Source of the DNA: a virus
Taxonomy: Duplodnaviria; Caudoviricetes
DNA length: 47,977 nucleotides
Virus record (IMG/VR): IMGVR_UViG_3300012942_000063
Span: 1-47,977 of that record
Strand: one strand, 5' to 3'
A program made the position numbers and the translations under genes. Below the pieces are notes generated by a model. It had not been told where the DNA came from and did not search any database. It was given only the letters and a program-made list of their open reading frames with translations. Shown here piece after piece: positions 17,770-27,770 of this stretch; the first letter of the stretch is position 1; each line of letters opens with the position of its first letter.

Positions 17770-17799
17770 AAACTACACCTTAACGCCTGTTAGGGTCAA
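17770..17799 (-). promoter_or_regulatory. Possible lysis-cassette promoter TTGACC-N18-TAGTTT
   Basis: Intergenic, oriented into the lysis genes; spacer contains a short inverted repeat. Confidence 0.35.
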
Positions 17800-17824
17800 G
17801 AGAACCGGGACGGAAGCGTAACGA

Positions 17825-20809
17825 TCACCAGTCCTGTTTCCAGTACTGAACCGATCCCTTGATGGTGTTGGTAGAAGTCGAGTTGCTGCACGTTCCGCAA
17901 ACGCCAATATGCGTCGGGGCAGTGGTGAAGGCAGAAGTCAAGGCTACCGTCAGCCACGACGCCCAGCTCTTGCCGTCGGCCGATGCTTCCACCGCCATGT
18001 CAGTTCCGGACCGGCTCAATCGAACCCATGCGTCAACGGTGTAAGGCCGCTTATTGTCAGAGGTGTAACCCCCCGCCATCGTGTGCAGCCGGGCCTGCAC
18101 GATGGACGACGTGTCGCCGTAGATCACGGCCGACACCGCCTTGCCGGTGGACTGCTCAACCGCCGTTATGCCAAAGGCCACGTAATTGGCGAAGGTAAGG
18201 GACGCCTTTAAGCGAGCCACCACCTGCCAATCCGCACTGGGCACGGCCTTGAACCCGCCACGGAATACGCCGCTGCTTACCGGGGTGCCAAAGTCGTACA
18301 TAAGCCCGACATCGGCATCGTCCGTCAGGGTGGCATCGGTGGCATCCCCGCTGATCGGAGTGGCAAAGTCAGCCGCACTCGGCGGCTTGAAATCCCACGC
18401 CGACCCGCCGCCTCCCGTGATGGCAATGTTCGCCGTGCCGTCCCCGCCGTCGGTTACAGTCACACCCGAGCCGGTGAAATTCAGCTTCGTGGCGGCGGCA
18501 ACTACGGCGGTGCCGTCCTGATCGACCTCGAGCGACCCTCCCCCGCCCTCGTCGCTGGTGATGACGTCGAAGCCGGGGCTCGGATCGCTGTCCCCCTTCG
18601 CGTTATAGGCGACGATGTAATAGGTCCACTCTTCTGACACGCCGAGCCCGGCATGGGTCCAAACAGTGGCGTTCTGAACGGTGCCGACGACGGCACAATC
18701 TTCGAAGGTGATGTCGTGCCCCTGCCCGGCGTAAATCTTGAAGCCGGTGGCGGCATCGCCGGTCGTGGCCGGGGTCCACGTCAGCTTGTTCGACAGGACA
18801 CCCCCAGTGCCGCTACCGGCCGTCGGCGCATCGGGCGGGGTCCCGAAGGCGGCACCGTCCGGGGTGTAGTCGTACTCGGCAACGTCGGACAGGTCCTGCA
18901 ACCCGGACCCGAATATGTTGAAGGACGGAAACTTGAACTTGAGGGCGATTCCCACGTAATCCTCGGGGAGATCGTACTCGAACACGTTGTCGTCGAGCCG
19001 GGCAAACTGAACGCCGCTGGCATGAGCACCCGCCGTGCTGCCATAGAGGCCGCGATACAGGGTTGTCAGGTTATACTTGTTGGTGCCCGTCAAGGTGGCC
19101 GTCTCGAAAGACAGGTACTCGCCATCGACGTAGCACAAGGTGGACGCGTTCGCGGCCTCCGTCTCGGACACCGACTGCAATTCGCCACGGCTCTCCGTGA
19201 GATCGACCGACGCCGTGTCGGCGGTGTCCGGGTTGTCTCCCGCGTAAGCGGCGAGCGCCGCCGTAAGCGTACCCTGCCTTGCCCCGCTGGTGATCGTGCC
19301 GATGTTCTGGTAGGTGGTGCCCCCGTCCGCCGAGACGTACACCTGACAGCCGCCCCAGTCGGCACCGCCGGATACTGCGGCCCAAACTTGGGGTGAGCCG
19401 GACAGCGACGCCGGGGGCTCGATGATCACGGGGGTGTTCACGTTACCCGGATCGACGCCCGTATTCTGCGCGTATCCGCTGTTCGTCGCGGGTGTGTAAC
19501 TGGCCGGGTTGTCAACCCCCGTCGCTACTTCGTCCGCCTCGATCTCGAAAGTCCCGTCGTCATCGCTTTCGGTGATCTTGGTGATCTGAACCGAGATGGT
19601 GCCGAGTTGCGGGTCCTCTACCTCCAGAATGTCCATCGGTTCAAGCAGGCAGTGCGCCGGGCCGAGCGTAAAGGTGTAGTGGTTGCGGATATACGCGCCG
19701 CGCTTGCCGTATAGCGTGACGGCTTTCTGCGCCATGTCGGCGACGCAAACTTCATCCGCCTGAAAGTCGCTGTCGGTCTGCAGGCCGTACTGCTCGATAA
19801 GGCCCTGATCCTTCCAAGTAACCGCTACCTCGTTGTAGTCGTTGGCACGGTTCTTGTAGATCAGGCGCAACTGGTTCTTGCACTCGGCGGGGTCGTCGCG
19901 GCTAATCTGCAACGGGTCGTTCGCGCCGATATAATCGTCGTCGTTGAGCGAATACGCCGGGGTGGTGTTTGGGACGAACTTGACGCCGTTGCCGTCCGTC
20001 TCGGTGTAGCAGTAGGGGACGAAGCGGAGGCAATAGCCGGTCCACACCACCGCCGTGTTAGTAAGTTTGGTCCATCGGTCGAGCGTGTCCGCCGCCTGCT
20101 CCTGATCAGACAGCGCGGGAGACAAGCCGAAGCCCATCGCGCGACAATATGTCTGATACGAGGCGTCGCCAGTCGTGGTGGCGTCGGCGGTGGACAGCAG
20201 CTGCGCCGTGTCGATCGCCGAAGTCGGGATAAGCACCCCGTACGCCGGGTAGGTCAAGAAATCCCGAATTACAAGCGCACAATCGGCGTCGTCACCCCCG
20301 GTCCAGCCCGATCCGACGCGCTGTGACTTCACTTCGAAGCTGTGATTGGGCAGCGATGCGCTACTGCCCAGATCGTAGTTGGCGACTGCGAGGTAAGCGA
20401 CGTTCGGGTAGTTGTAAGCTTGGCTCGGGTAGTTGGAGGTGAGGTAGCCCCACGGTTCCTGTTCCGGGGTTCCCTTGAACAGCGTCATCCCGAGGCTGGA
20501 AAGCGAGGACGAGGTGTCCTGATCCTTCCACACCTTGCCGATGCCCTCGATGCCGTCGGGACCGCCCTCGCACAGCGCGAACATGCAGGAGGCACTGTAG
20601 GTGTAGCTGGTGGCGCTCCCCCCGCCGCCCTTGCCGGCCTTCTGTTTCTGCTTGTGCGACTTGAAGTCGCCGTACCATATGATGTTCGGGCCAATCCGGT
20701 TCGCACCCCACGCGATGATCAGCGCCGCCGTCGAGGAGGAGGTTTGCAGCTGGATGCCGGTGTAATCCGGCTTCGTAGCGTGGCCCTTCTTTCCGAAAAG
20801 GAAGCTCAC
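17825..20809 (-). CDS. Tail tip/host-specificity protein (J-like) with FN3 and C-terminal beta-sandwich domains
   Basis: LEPMDILEV hub motif, WGGCQVYVSADG, LYRGLYGS, FN3-like YYIVAYNAKGDS; position after NlpC. Confidence 0.85.
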   Translation of the reverse strand: MSFLFGKKGHATKPDYTGIQLQTSSSTAALIIAWGANRIGPNIIWYGDFKSHKQKQKAGKGGGGSATSYTYSASCMFALCEGGPDGIEGIGKVWKDQDTSSSLSSLGMTLFKGTPEQEPWGYLTSNYPSQAYNYPNVAYLAVANYDLGSSASLPNHSFEVKSQRVGSGWTGGDDADCALVIRDFLTYPAYGVLIPTSAIDTAQLLSTADATTTGDASYQTYCRAMGFGLSPALSDQEQAADTLDRWTKLTNTAVVWTGYCLRFVPYCYTETDGNGVKFVPNTTPAYSLNDDDYIGANDPLQISRDDPAECKNQLRLIYKNRANDYNEVAVTWKDQGLIEQYGLQTDSDFQADEVCVADMAQKAVTLYGKRGAYIRNHYTFTLGPAHCLLEPMDILEVEDPQLGTISVQITKITESDDDGTFEIEADEVATGVDNPASYTPATNSGYAQNTGVDPGNVNTPVIIEPPASLSGSPQVWAAVSGGADWGGCQVYVSADGGTTYQNIGTITSGARQGTLTAALAAYAGDNPDTADTASVDLTESRGELQSVSETEAANASTLCYVDGEYLSFETATLTGTNKYNLTTLYRGLYGSTAGAHASGVQFARLDDNVFEYDLPEDYVGIALKFKFPSFNIFGSGLQDLSDVAEYDYTPDGAAFGTPPDAPTAGSGTGGVLSNKLTWTPATTGDAATGFKIYAGQGHDITFEDCAVVGTVQNATVWTHAGLGVSEEWTYYIVAYNAKGDSDPSPGFDVITSDEGGGGSLEVDQDGTAVVAAATKLNFTGSGVTVTDGGDGTANIAITGGGGSAWDFKPPSAADFATPISGDATDATLTDDADVGLMYDFGTPVSSGVFRGGFKAVPSADWQVVARLKASLTFANYVAFGITAVEQSTGKAVSAVIYGDTSSIVQARLHTMAGGYTSDNKRPYTVDAWVRLSRSGTDMAVEASADGKSWASWLTVALTSAFTTAPTHIGVCGTCSNSTSTNTIKGSVQYWKQDW

Positions 20810-21282
20810 TCGTACCCCCCGAACGTGTAAACTCGCATTGGCCGCTCGGCCATCGGCGTCCCGAGAAGTGATACCTCTTCGACGATACCAGAAGGAAGAT
20901 AGGCATGGACGAACCTAGGCCAATCAGTTACGATACCGCCATGCGAGTAGCAGCGCCCGACGCGCCAGACGAGCACGTCCCCGGGGGCGATGGCGTACAG
21001 AGGGTCCTCGCGTACCCGGTCGGCCAGCGAGCGCTCCCCGTACACCTCGTCGGCCCGGGAGAGGTACGCCTCCACGAAGCCTAGGTATCGCTCCTCCGAG
21101 CGATGCAGGTGCCAGTCGCAGGTGTAGTACCCGGCATCGACGTGCGGAATGGCCCCTGCCTCCTCGAATGCCGCCAGAATAAGCTGTCCACAATCCACCC
21201 CGGCACCCTTCACCCGGGCGGCGTGGTGATACGGGGTGGATACCCAACCCCGCACGGCCGAGACTACGGTAGCGCGGTCCAT
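20806..21282 (-). CDS. NlpC/P60 tail-associated peptidase
   Basis: WVSTPYHH..GVDCGQL, GDVLVW..YSHGGI. Confidence 0.88.
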   Translation of the reverse strand: MDRATVVSAVRGWVSTPYHHAARVKGAGVDCGQLILAAFEEAGAIPHVDAGYYTCDWHLHRSEERYLGFVEAYLSRADEVYGERSLADRVREDPLYAIAPGDVLVWRVGRCYSHGGIVTDWPRFVHAYLPSGIVEEVSLLGTPMAERPMRVYTFGGYE

Positions 21283-22166
21283 CAGTACGCCGTTTCGGAG
21301 ACGGGAACGAAGGGGAACCCTTGGAAGTGCTGCGTGTTGTTGAACTCGCCGCAACGTTCGTAGGAGCGAATGCACCCCGGGTAGGCGCGGAAGTTGGTCC
21401 CCTCGCCCGGGGCGAACTCGAGCGGATAGGACAGCACCAGTTCACTATCAGTGGCAAGGTCGATCGTCCGTACCAGCGTCGCGCCGGCCTGATCGTCAAC
21501 CTCGAAAGTTCCGTAGGAGAACTGCGACGACGAGCTTGACCACGGGATGACGACGGCGGTTGCCCCGGCCCCCACGGTCCCGGCGCTGACGTAATCCGCC
21601 TTGTTAAGGCCGCACCCCGGGTCGAACAGCGTGTGCAGGCATGACGGGTCGAACAGCTTGCGCGGCATCGGGGTGCTAAGCAGAACAAGGTCCGATTTGA
21701 CCTTGAGATCAGCGAATGAGCGGCCGAGCTTGTCGAGGCTGCTCACCTTTCCGACGAACATCGGGACACCCGCCACCCAGTTACCCCACGACGCCGCGAA
21801 GTAGCGGTCGCGGCGGACCGAACCACCATCGAAGCGTCCATAACGCAACGCAGCGGCGAACTTCATGGTGACGTACATTTCGTCCGGCCCAAAATCGAGG
21901 TGCATTGACTGCTCGTCGATCTCGACCCCCACGCCGGTCTCGAGCTTGAGGCCCGACACCTTCACTCGCTTGGACGAATAGACGACGCCCATCCCGCCGG
22001 CCACCGGGGTCTTGATATCCACGTCTTTCTGCGCGGAGGAATACAGCAACACCCGCCCGTCTTTGTTGGACATGGTGTAGCAATCGACGTAGATGAACCG
22101 CTTGGTGGCCAGCAGGTCGTGCAAGTCCTGCTCGGTGTACCCGGGTTGCGGGGTGATCGGCCTCAT
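21282..22166 (-). CDS. Baseplate hub/minor tail protein (DUF2163/BR0599-like)
   Basis: CLHTLFDPGC and YPGC....C..FNN...FQGFPFVP C-terminus. Confidence 0.85.
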   Translation of the reverse strand: MRPITPQPGYTEQDLHDLLATKRFIYVDCYTMSNKDGRVLLYSSAQKDVDIKTPVAGGMGVVYSSKRVKVSGLKLETGVGVEIDEQSMHLDFGPDEMYVTMKFAAALRYGRFDGGSVRRDRYFAASWGNWVAGVPMFVGKVSSLDKLGRSFADLKVKSDLVLLSTPMPRKLFDPSCLHTLFDPGCGLNKADYVSAGTVGAGATAVVIPWSSSSSQFSYGTFEVDDQAGATLVRTIDLATDSELVLSYPLEFAPGEGTNFRAYPGCIRSYERCGEFNNTQHFQGFPFVPVSETAY

Positions 22167-23200
22167 GTGATCTCGCTCTTCAAGTCGATCTGTCCCAGTT
22201 CCCACAGCTTCTCGTAGAACTGGTCGAACTCGTAGCTGTCCTCGAGGAAGCGGCATACGAAGAAATAGTTGAACGACGAGGTGACGACCGCGCCGGTCGG
22301 CGGCGCGACGGTGAACACTAGGGTTCGGGGGAGGGTGATCGAGAAGTCCGTGGCGAATATCGCCTTGTACTTGTAGTTGACCGTGATGGCCGTGCCCTTG
22401 TCCGCCGAGTTGAAAGCCAGCGTGAAGGTGGTCGGATCGTAGCTGTACTGCCCCTGTGCGGGTGTTCCCGACACCTTGGTGAAGCCGCTTACCGAAACGC
22501 CCGAAACGTCGGTCTGGTGTTGCAGGGTAACAGTGTACGGCGACGCGCTCGGGATGGTTGCCGTCTCGGGGCCATTCACCCACACCGCCACGTTATCGAC
22601 GTCAACCTGCCCGACCGGCTCCTGATACGTCCCGAACGGGCGGAAGAAGGCGTACTCGACCGTATCTCCGTCCCCCACGCCGAGTTGCACCGACTCGGCG
22701 TAGTTGTCATCCGGGGCACTGAACAGGAAGTTGTCGTACGCGCCCGCCCGGGAGCAGAAGAAGCCAACCAGCGTCTTAAAGTCGGTATTTGCCGCCGTGC
22801 TCTTGTTCGGGAGGTAATCGTACTGCAGCTGGAACTGCCAGCGTGGGTGTTCCCAGTACGACGTGCGCGTCTCTTTGCCGCTGGTGTGTTCGGAAATACC
22901 GGTGGAGAACATCGGCTTGGCGGAAGTCTGAAAAGTCAGCCCCCGGAGCGTGGGGTAAACGTCGCTTGACATGTCGGTATCCGGTGCCCTTTGAAGGTAC
23001 TGTATGAAGAACGCCGACGCCAGCAGGTTTGGTGCCAATTGCTGGTAATACGCCGCTTGCAGGAACGACGCCGAGAACGCCACATTGGGCGCGGTAAGCT
23101 GGTAGTACACCGGCTGCAACTGCATCCCCGTAAGGCGCAGATTGCCACCGTCACCCGTAACCGGCTGCAGGAACGACGGGGTAAACTGGAACTCGGCCAT
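22163..23200 (-). CDS. Distal tail protein (DUF2460-like)
   Basis: STGISEHTSGKETR..W..PRWQF, FFCSRAG..F.F, GVGDG, FFVCRF motifs. Confidence 0.82.
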   Translation of the reverse strand: MAEFQFTPSFLQPVTGDGGNLRLTGMQLQPVYYQLTAPNVAFSASFLQAAYYQQLAPNLLASAFFIQYLQRAPDTDMSSDVYPTLRGLTFQTSAKPMFSTGISEHTSGKETRTSYWEHPRWQFQLQYDYLPNKSTAANTDFKTLVGFFCSRAGAYDNFLFSAPDDNYAESVQLGVGDGDTVEYAFFRPFGTYQEPVGQVDVDNVAVWVNGPETATIPSASPYTVTLQHQTDVSGVSVSGFTKVSGTPAQGQYSYDPTTFTLAFNSADKGTAITVNYKYKAIFATDFSITLPRTLVFTVAPPTGAVVTSSFNYFFVCRFLEDSYEFDQFYEKLWELGQIDLKSEIT

Positions 23201-24243
23201 CAGTCGCTAGCCGCCAGAGCACCGCCGATCTGGAGATCAGTGTTAAGCTCGGTATAGGTCCAGTTCTCCCCGGTATTCGGGTTCTTCTCCCAAATATCGG
23301 ACTGGATCGACAGGACCTGCGAGGCGACGCCGTGCTGCGCGCCGTCATACTCGGTGCCGCCGGTCTTGATCTTGTTCTTGGCGTACAGCTGCACCGAGTT
23401 GTCCTGTGCATACCCGCCGCTGACCTTGATGGCGAAGACGTCCCGCGCCGGCACCGAGGCGGCAAGGTCGTACAGGTCATACACGCCGACGGTATCGGTA
23501 GAATTGTAGATGGTGCTGCTAAGCAGCGGGTTAATAGCTGCCTGCCAGTTGGTGTCCGCGCCAGTCGGCGTCATACCGATTACATCTCCGTTCGCACCCG
23601 GGTTGACCGTGCCGACCCGGATGTTGCCGAGAGGGTCAACGAGGCCGGTATCGTCGGTAGCCAACACGTAATAGTCGTCGAGTTGCCACCCGTTGCCGCC
23701 CCACCGCACGGTATCGATGGGACCCGGACCGCGAGAGGGCTGCGCAGTAATAATCACGTCCCCGTTGACCTTGATCGTAAAAGTCGGGGTCCCACCAACC
23801 GTGCCAAACACGATCTCCATGTAGAACCACACACCGACCTTCCAGATCGCAAGCGGCGTATTGAAGGTTTGCGTCCCGATCGTGGCAGAAATCCCGCCAA
23901 GAGCGGTGAAACTGACAGCTAGATCGGTGGTCCCGTCTGCGGTTGACAACAAGTAAAGAACAGCAGCCGGGCCCGTGGCGGTAAGCTTGATGCGCTGACC
24001 GAACACGTACCCGTCACCTACGGTGGCGGGGAGGGCCTTGTATATATCCACGTCATTGCCGCCCACGCCGCCCGCCGGGATGAGGCACAACCCTATACCG
24101 AAAGCGCCAGTGCCGACCGACAACGAGTTAGTGTTGAACCCGAAACGGGAGTAATACGCCTGCGCCTGTAGAGCAGCGAGGATTTGTGCGCCAGTCATTC
24201 CGGCTTGCAGGTAGTCATACCCGTCGCAATCAATCAAAGACAC
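23200..24243 (-). CDS. Minor tail protein with lectin-like domain
   Basis: Between tape measure and Dit; WFYMEI, LDDYYV, NPNTGENWT motifs; start uncertain. Confidence 0.7.
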   Translation of the reverse strand: MSLIDCDGYDYLQAGMTGAQILAALQAQAYYSRFGFNTNSLSVGTGAFGIGLCLIPAGGVGGNDVDIYKALPATVGDGYVFGQRIKLTATGPAAVLYLLSTADGTTDLAVSFTALGGISATIGTQTFNTPLAIWKVGVWFYMEIVFGTVGGTPTFTIKVNGDVIITAQPSRGPGPIDTVRWGGNGWQLDDYYVLATDDTGLVDPLGNIRVGTVNPGANGDVIGMTPTGADTNWQAAINPLLSSTIYNSTDTVGVYDLYDLAASVPARDVFAIKVSGGYAQDNSVQLYAKNKIKTGGTEYDGAQHGVASQVLSIQSDIWEKNPNTGENWTYTELNTDLQIGGALAASD

Positions 24244-24244
24244 G

Positions 24245-27106
24245 TCACTTCCCCTTCGTAAACATGCTGCCGAACCGGCGGTCGCGCGCTTGGTTGACGA
24301 ACCATTTCCGCATGGTCGCCCCCTCGCGGCGCAGCAGGGTATCAAGATCGACATCCTGTCGGTTATGCGTCGGCGAGTAGTTAAAGGTGTCGCCTCCCGT
24401 CTGGTTCGTCACGGACGACCGCACCGTTTCCCCGGCGGTCGCCGCACCTAGGGCGAGCGTGGACGGGCGGGGGCCGGCGAGCATGTTGCGCAGCGGATTA
24501 GCGAACTTGGCAGGGAGGACCATTTCCTTCTTGTGCAGCTGGTACATATCCCCGTCATTGGCCACTTCGCCCGCGCCGCCCGCCGCCGAGAACACGGTGC
24601 TGGCGAGGCGATACACGCCATACAGCGCCGCCGCTGCAGCCGCCGGGGCGAGGAAAGGCCCGACGACAGGGATCGAGGCAATCGCGGCATAGGCACCCGC
24701 CGCTGCCACCGCCGCCTTGTGGATGATCTGCTTGACCGCCGATGCCGCCGAGATGGCGTTGCTGGTAGTCGCGCCCGCCGCCTCCACCGAGGTTCGGGTG
24801 GCCACCCCGGCGGTCGTGGCCGAAGTCTTGGCCAGTTCCATCACGGCCCAGTTCGCGGCCCACTGAACACCTTTCTGTATCCAGTAGTTGATCACGTTAT
24901 CGGCGATGCCGAGCATGCCGCGCTTCCACGACATGGTGCCCTGCTCCATGCCTTGCAGCATGGAGTTGAAGCCATCGACCACCGGGGACAGCTTGTCGCG
25001 GATATTCGACGCAACGGAGGCAAAGGCGTCCTGCTGCGCCTTGCTCATCTTGGCCGCGCCCTGAGCGTCGATGACCGCCATGCGGTCGGTGTGCTCTTGC
25101 TCCAGCGCCTCGATATCATTGTTGATGCGCCGCCGTTCATCGGTTGAAAGAGTGCCGAGCTTTAGCTCGTCTTGCAGCGCTTTCAACTTGATCTGATACA
25201 TCGCGTCTTCGTGCTGACGCTCGAGATCGATCTCGCGGGCGAACAGGTCGATTAACGCGCGTTCTTTCTGCGCGTCGGAGATGCGGCCCAAATTAGCATC
25301 AGCGTCTAGGCGATCTCGCTCCGCCGACAGCTTGGCGTTGGCGATCTGTTGAGCGGTGTTGACCTGCTCTTCGGCCATCTTGGCCTCGTGGTCGATCGTC
25401 TCGCGGGTGATGGCGTCCTTTTGCTTCGCCCAGTCGCGCTCCATCTGCTCCTTTCGGCGCAACTCCGTCTGGTACTGCTTGCTGTCCTTCCCGTACACAG
25501 CGGCGATGGCCGTCAGCATCATCTCTTCGATTGCCAGCTTCTTCTGGTAATCGTCCTGCGCCGCGTCCTGCTCCGCCCGCTTCTCTTCCAGAAACGCCGC
25601 CAACTGTTTTTCGGCGGTGTGATCGTCCTTTGGCTTGTGCTGGCGGGTATGCTTGGGGGTGCGATCGCTCTTGATGGCGTCCGCTTCCTGCGTCATGATG
25701 TCTTCGCGATGCTTGATCGCGTTGGCCTTTACCTTGGCCCAAAATGCGGCGTTGTCGGCCAGCGCCTTCTTGTACGCCTGCGAATACCCGTCCGATATCG
25801 CCTTCCCGGACGCCGCTGCTGCCCCCTGCCACCGGTTCGCCACTTCGGCGATGCCGCCCGGCGGCGCAAGACGGTCGATGATGTTCTTCCCTGCCACCGA
25901 GTTCACCTTGTCGATGAACCAGTTCACCCCGTTGGTGGCGGAGGTGAGCAGGCTGTTGATGGCCCCGATCGCGGCGTTGACGCCCTGCACGAACAAGTCG
26001 CCCATGACGGCCGGCAACTTGGACCACAGGACCTTGAACATGGTAAACGTGCCATCGATCCCGGCGGTTATGCCGGCCGACGTTACGTTCCACGCGTCGA
26101 GAATGCCGTTAAAGGCGCTGGACGCCACTTGCTTGATCTTGTTCCACATTGAGGCGTTTGCGCCCGCCGTGGCCGTTTCAACGATGGCATCCCACAGGCC
26201 GCGCATCGTGTCGCCGACCGTCACCGTGACGGGTCCTAGCTCCTTGATGCCGCTCGAGGTCTTGTCTACTCCCTCACCGAGCTTGAGCATCTCGGCGTGG
26301 GTGAGCCCGAGGCTGTCCCGAAACTTGGTGAGGGCTCCGGAGTCCTGCACTTCGCCTTGGAACTGACGGATGGACCCGTAGGCCACCGCCGCGATGGGGG
26401 CGAGCGCCAAAAAGGCCACGCCAGTAGCCCCGATGCCTACTGCCTCCGCCGCTGCGGCTGCCTCGCCCGCCGTGGCTGCTCGTTCTTCGGCGATGGCCAG
26501 CGCGTCTTGGGCAACAGCGGCTTCCGCCGAAGCGGCCGACACCGCTTCCATTGCCACCGCCAGCCGGGCTTGCGCCGCTGCCTCCTCGGTGGCGGTGGTG
26601 GCATTGCGCAACTGCGCCTCCGCCAACATCATTTCGGTGTCGGCGGCGACGATATTGGCTTCGGCCTTCTGTGCAGCCGCGCGCACCGCGTTGGCAGACG
26701 CCATCGCCGCCGCTGCCTCTTCGGCTAGCTCGGCGTCGCGGGTCGTCTTGAGTACGCCGGTAAGGTTCAGCAGTTCCTTGGCGAACCCGCGCAACCCCCC
26801 GCTGCCCGCCTGCGTGGCCTGCATCAGGATCGTCAGCGATCCCGCCATTCTCGAGTAGTTACCGCGCGCGGCCTCGCGCGCGAGCACGAGGGACTCGCGC
26901 ATCGCGGTGGCACTGACGTGCGCGCCCGCCCCGACTGCCTCGAAGCTGCTGACCGCCACCCTGCTGTCGGAGGCCAGCCGCCCGAATGTGCTGCGCAGGC
27001 CGTCGGCGGCGGTTCCTACGCTCTTGACGTCATTAGCGGCCCGGCGCGAGGCGTCGTCGAGGCCGCTGGTACTACCCCCGAATTGGACGCTAACGTCGTC
27101 GTTCAC
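24245..27106 (-). CDS. Tape measure protein
   Basis: 953 aa, Ala-rich helical, C-terminal IPVVGPFLAPAAAAAA and LHKKEMVLPA; follows tail chaperones. Confidence 0.9.
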   Translation of the reverse strand: MNDDVSVQFGGSTSGLDDASRRAANDVKSVGTAADGLRSTFGRLASDSRVAVSSFEAVGAGAHVSATAMRESLVLAREAARGNYSRMAGSLTILMQATQAGSGGLRGFAKELLNLTGVLKTTRDAELAEEAAAAMASANAVRAAAQKAEANIVAADTEMMLAEAQLRNATTATEEAAAQARLAVAMEAVSAASAEAAVAQDALAIAEERAATAGEAAAAAEAVGIGATGVAFLALAPIAAVAYGSIRQFQGEVQDSGALTKFRDSLGLTHAEMLKLGEGVDKTSSGIKELGPVTVTVGDTMRGLWDAIVETATAGANASMWNKIKQVASSAFNGILDAWNVTSAGITAGIDGTFTMFKVLWSKLPAVMGDLFVQGVNAAIGAINSLLTSATNGVNWFIDKVNSVAGKNIIDRLAPPGGIAEVANRWQGAAAASGKAISDGYSQAYKKALADNAAFWAKVKANAIKHREDIMTQEADAIKSDRTPKHTRQHKPKDDHTAEKQLAAFLEEKRAEQDAAQDDYQKKLAIEEMMLTAIAAVYGKDSKQYQTELRRKEQMERDWAKQKDAITRETIDHEAKMAEEQVNTAQQIANAKLSAERDRLDADANLGRISDAQKERALIDLFAREIDLERQHEDAMYQIKLKALQDELKLGTLSTDERRRINNDIEALEQEHTDRMAVIDAQGAAKMSKAQQDAFASVASNIRDKLSPVVDGFNSMLQGMEQGTMSWKRGMLGIADNVINYWIQKGVQWAANWAVMELAKTSATTAGVATRTSVEAAGATTSNAISAASAVKQIIHKAAVAAAGAYAAIASIPVVGPFLAPAAAAAALYGVYRLASTVFSAAGGAGEVANDGDMYQLHKKEMVLPAKFANPLRNMLAGPRPSTLALGAATAGETVRSSVTNQTGGDTFNYSPTHNRQDVDLDTLLRREGATMRKWFVNQARDRRFGSMFTKGK

Positions 27107-27399
27107 CGGATAACACCCCCCGACCCCGAGAACATGGACAACAGGTCATTCAGATCACCCGTTTCCGTTGGCGCAGTCTGCCTCCCAGAACGGTTCTTAA
27201 TCAAGCCTAGATACCCCGCAACAGCCATGTAAACCGGGGGGCCGTTCTGCGCCCACCAGTCTTGCATTGCGTAATAACGGGGGAGGGTCCAGCCCTCCTC
27301 TACTCGGTCCCAGTCTCCACCGGAACAGCCTGCGGCGACAAGCTCTGCGACGATGGGGTCGAAATTTCCGTCGAAGGGCTTGCCGCCTCCCCTTCCCCC
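27103..27399 (-). CDS. Tail assembly chaperone, -1 frameshift extension (GT-like)
   Basis: -1 frame is open from slippery GGGGGAA (27393-27399) to TGA overlapping the TMP start; encodes GWTLPRYYAMQDWWAQNGPPVYMAVAGYLG. Confidence 0.75.
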   Translation of the reverse strand, partial: GGRGGGKPFDGNFDPIVAELVAAGCSGGDWDRVEEGWTLPRYYAMQDWWAQNGPPVYMAVAGYLGLIKNRSGRQTAPTETGDLNDLLSMFSGSGGVIR

Positions 27400-27692
27400 G
27401 GCGAACCTGCCTTCACCCTCTGCAGAATGCCGGCCTCGACGAACAGGTCCTCCATCGAGGCCCGAACGCCGTCGATCTCGGAAGCCAACATCTTGTCCTC
27501 CACTTCCTCGGGAGACATCGGGGTCTCGGACCGAGAGAGGATCACCGACAGGATTTGACTGGTGGCATCCATCAGCGCTACCAGATCGTCCGACTTCTGG
27601 ACGGCATCAATGAAGGGCCAAATAGCCTTGATGGTCTTGATGTTGAGCGGCGGGAAGGAATACACCTTTCCACCGATGGTGAAACTGGCCAT
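27300..27692 (-). CDS. Tail assembly chaperone (G-like)
   Basis: Between tail tube and TMP; ends with slippery site. Confidence 0.8.
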   Translation of the reverse strand: MASFTIGGKVYSFPPLNIKTIKAIWPFIDAVQKSDDLVALMDATSQILSVILSRSETPMSPEEVEDKMLASEIDGVRASMEDLFVEAGILQRVKAGSPGEGEAASPSTEISTPSSQSLSPQAVPVETGTE

Positions 27693-27722
27693 GGTAATAC
27701 CCTAGGGGGAGTGGGGGGATAA

Positions 27723-27758
27723 CGTGCGGCCGAGATACCCCCCGTCCCCGGCCGCACG
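27723..27758 (-). terminator. Stem-loop after major tail gene
   Basis: CGTGCGGCCG...CGGCCGCACG 10-bp stem; weak U-tract. Confidence 0.45.
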
Positions 27759-27770
27759 ACGCACTAGGCG

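Noticed and set aside
21282-22583. 433-aa version of the hub protein
   Set aside because: Upstream part overlaps the Dit gene; ATGA-coupled start at 22166 is more plausible
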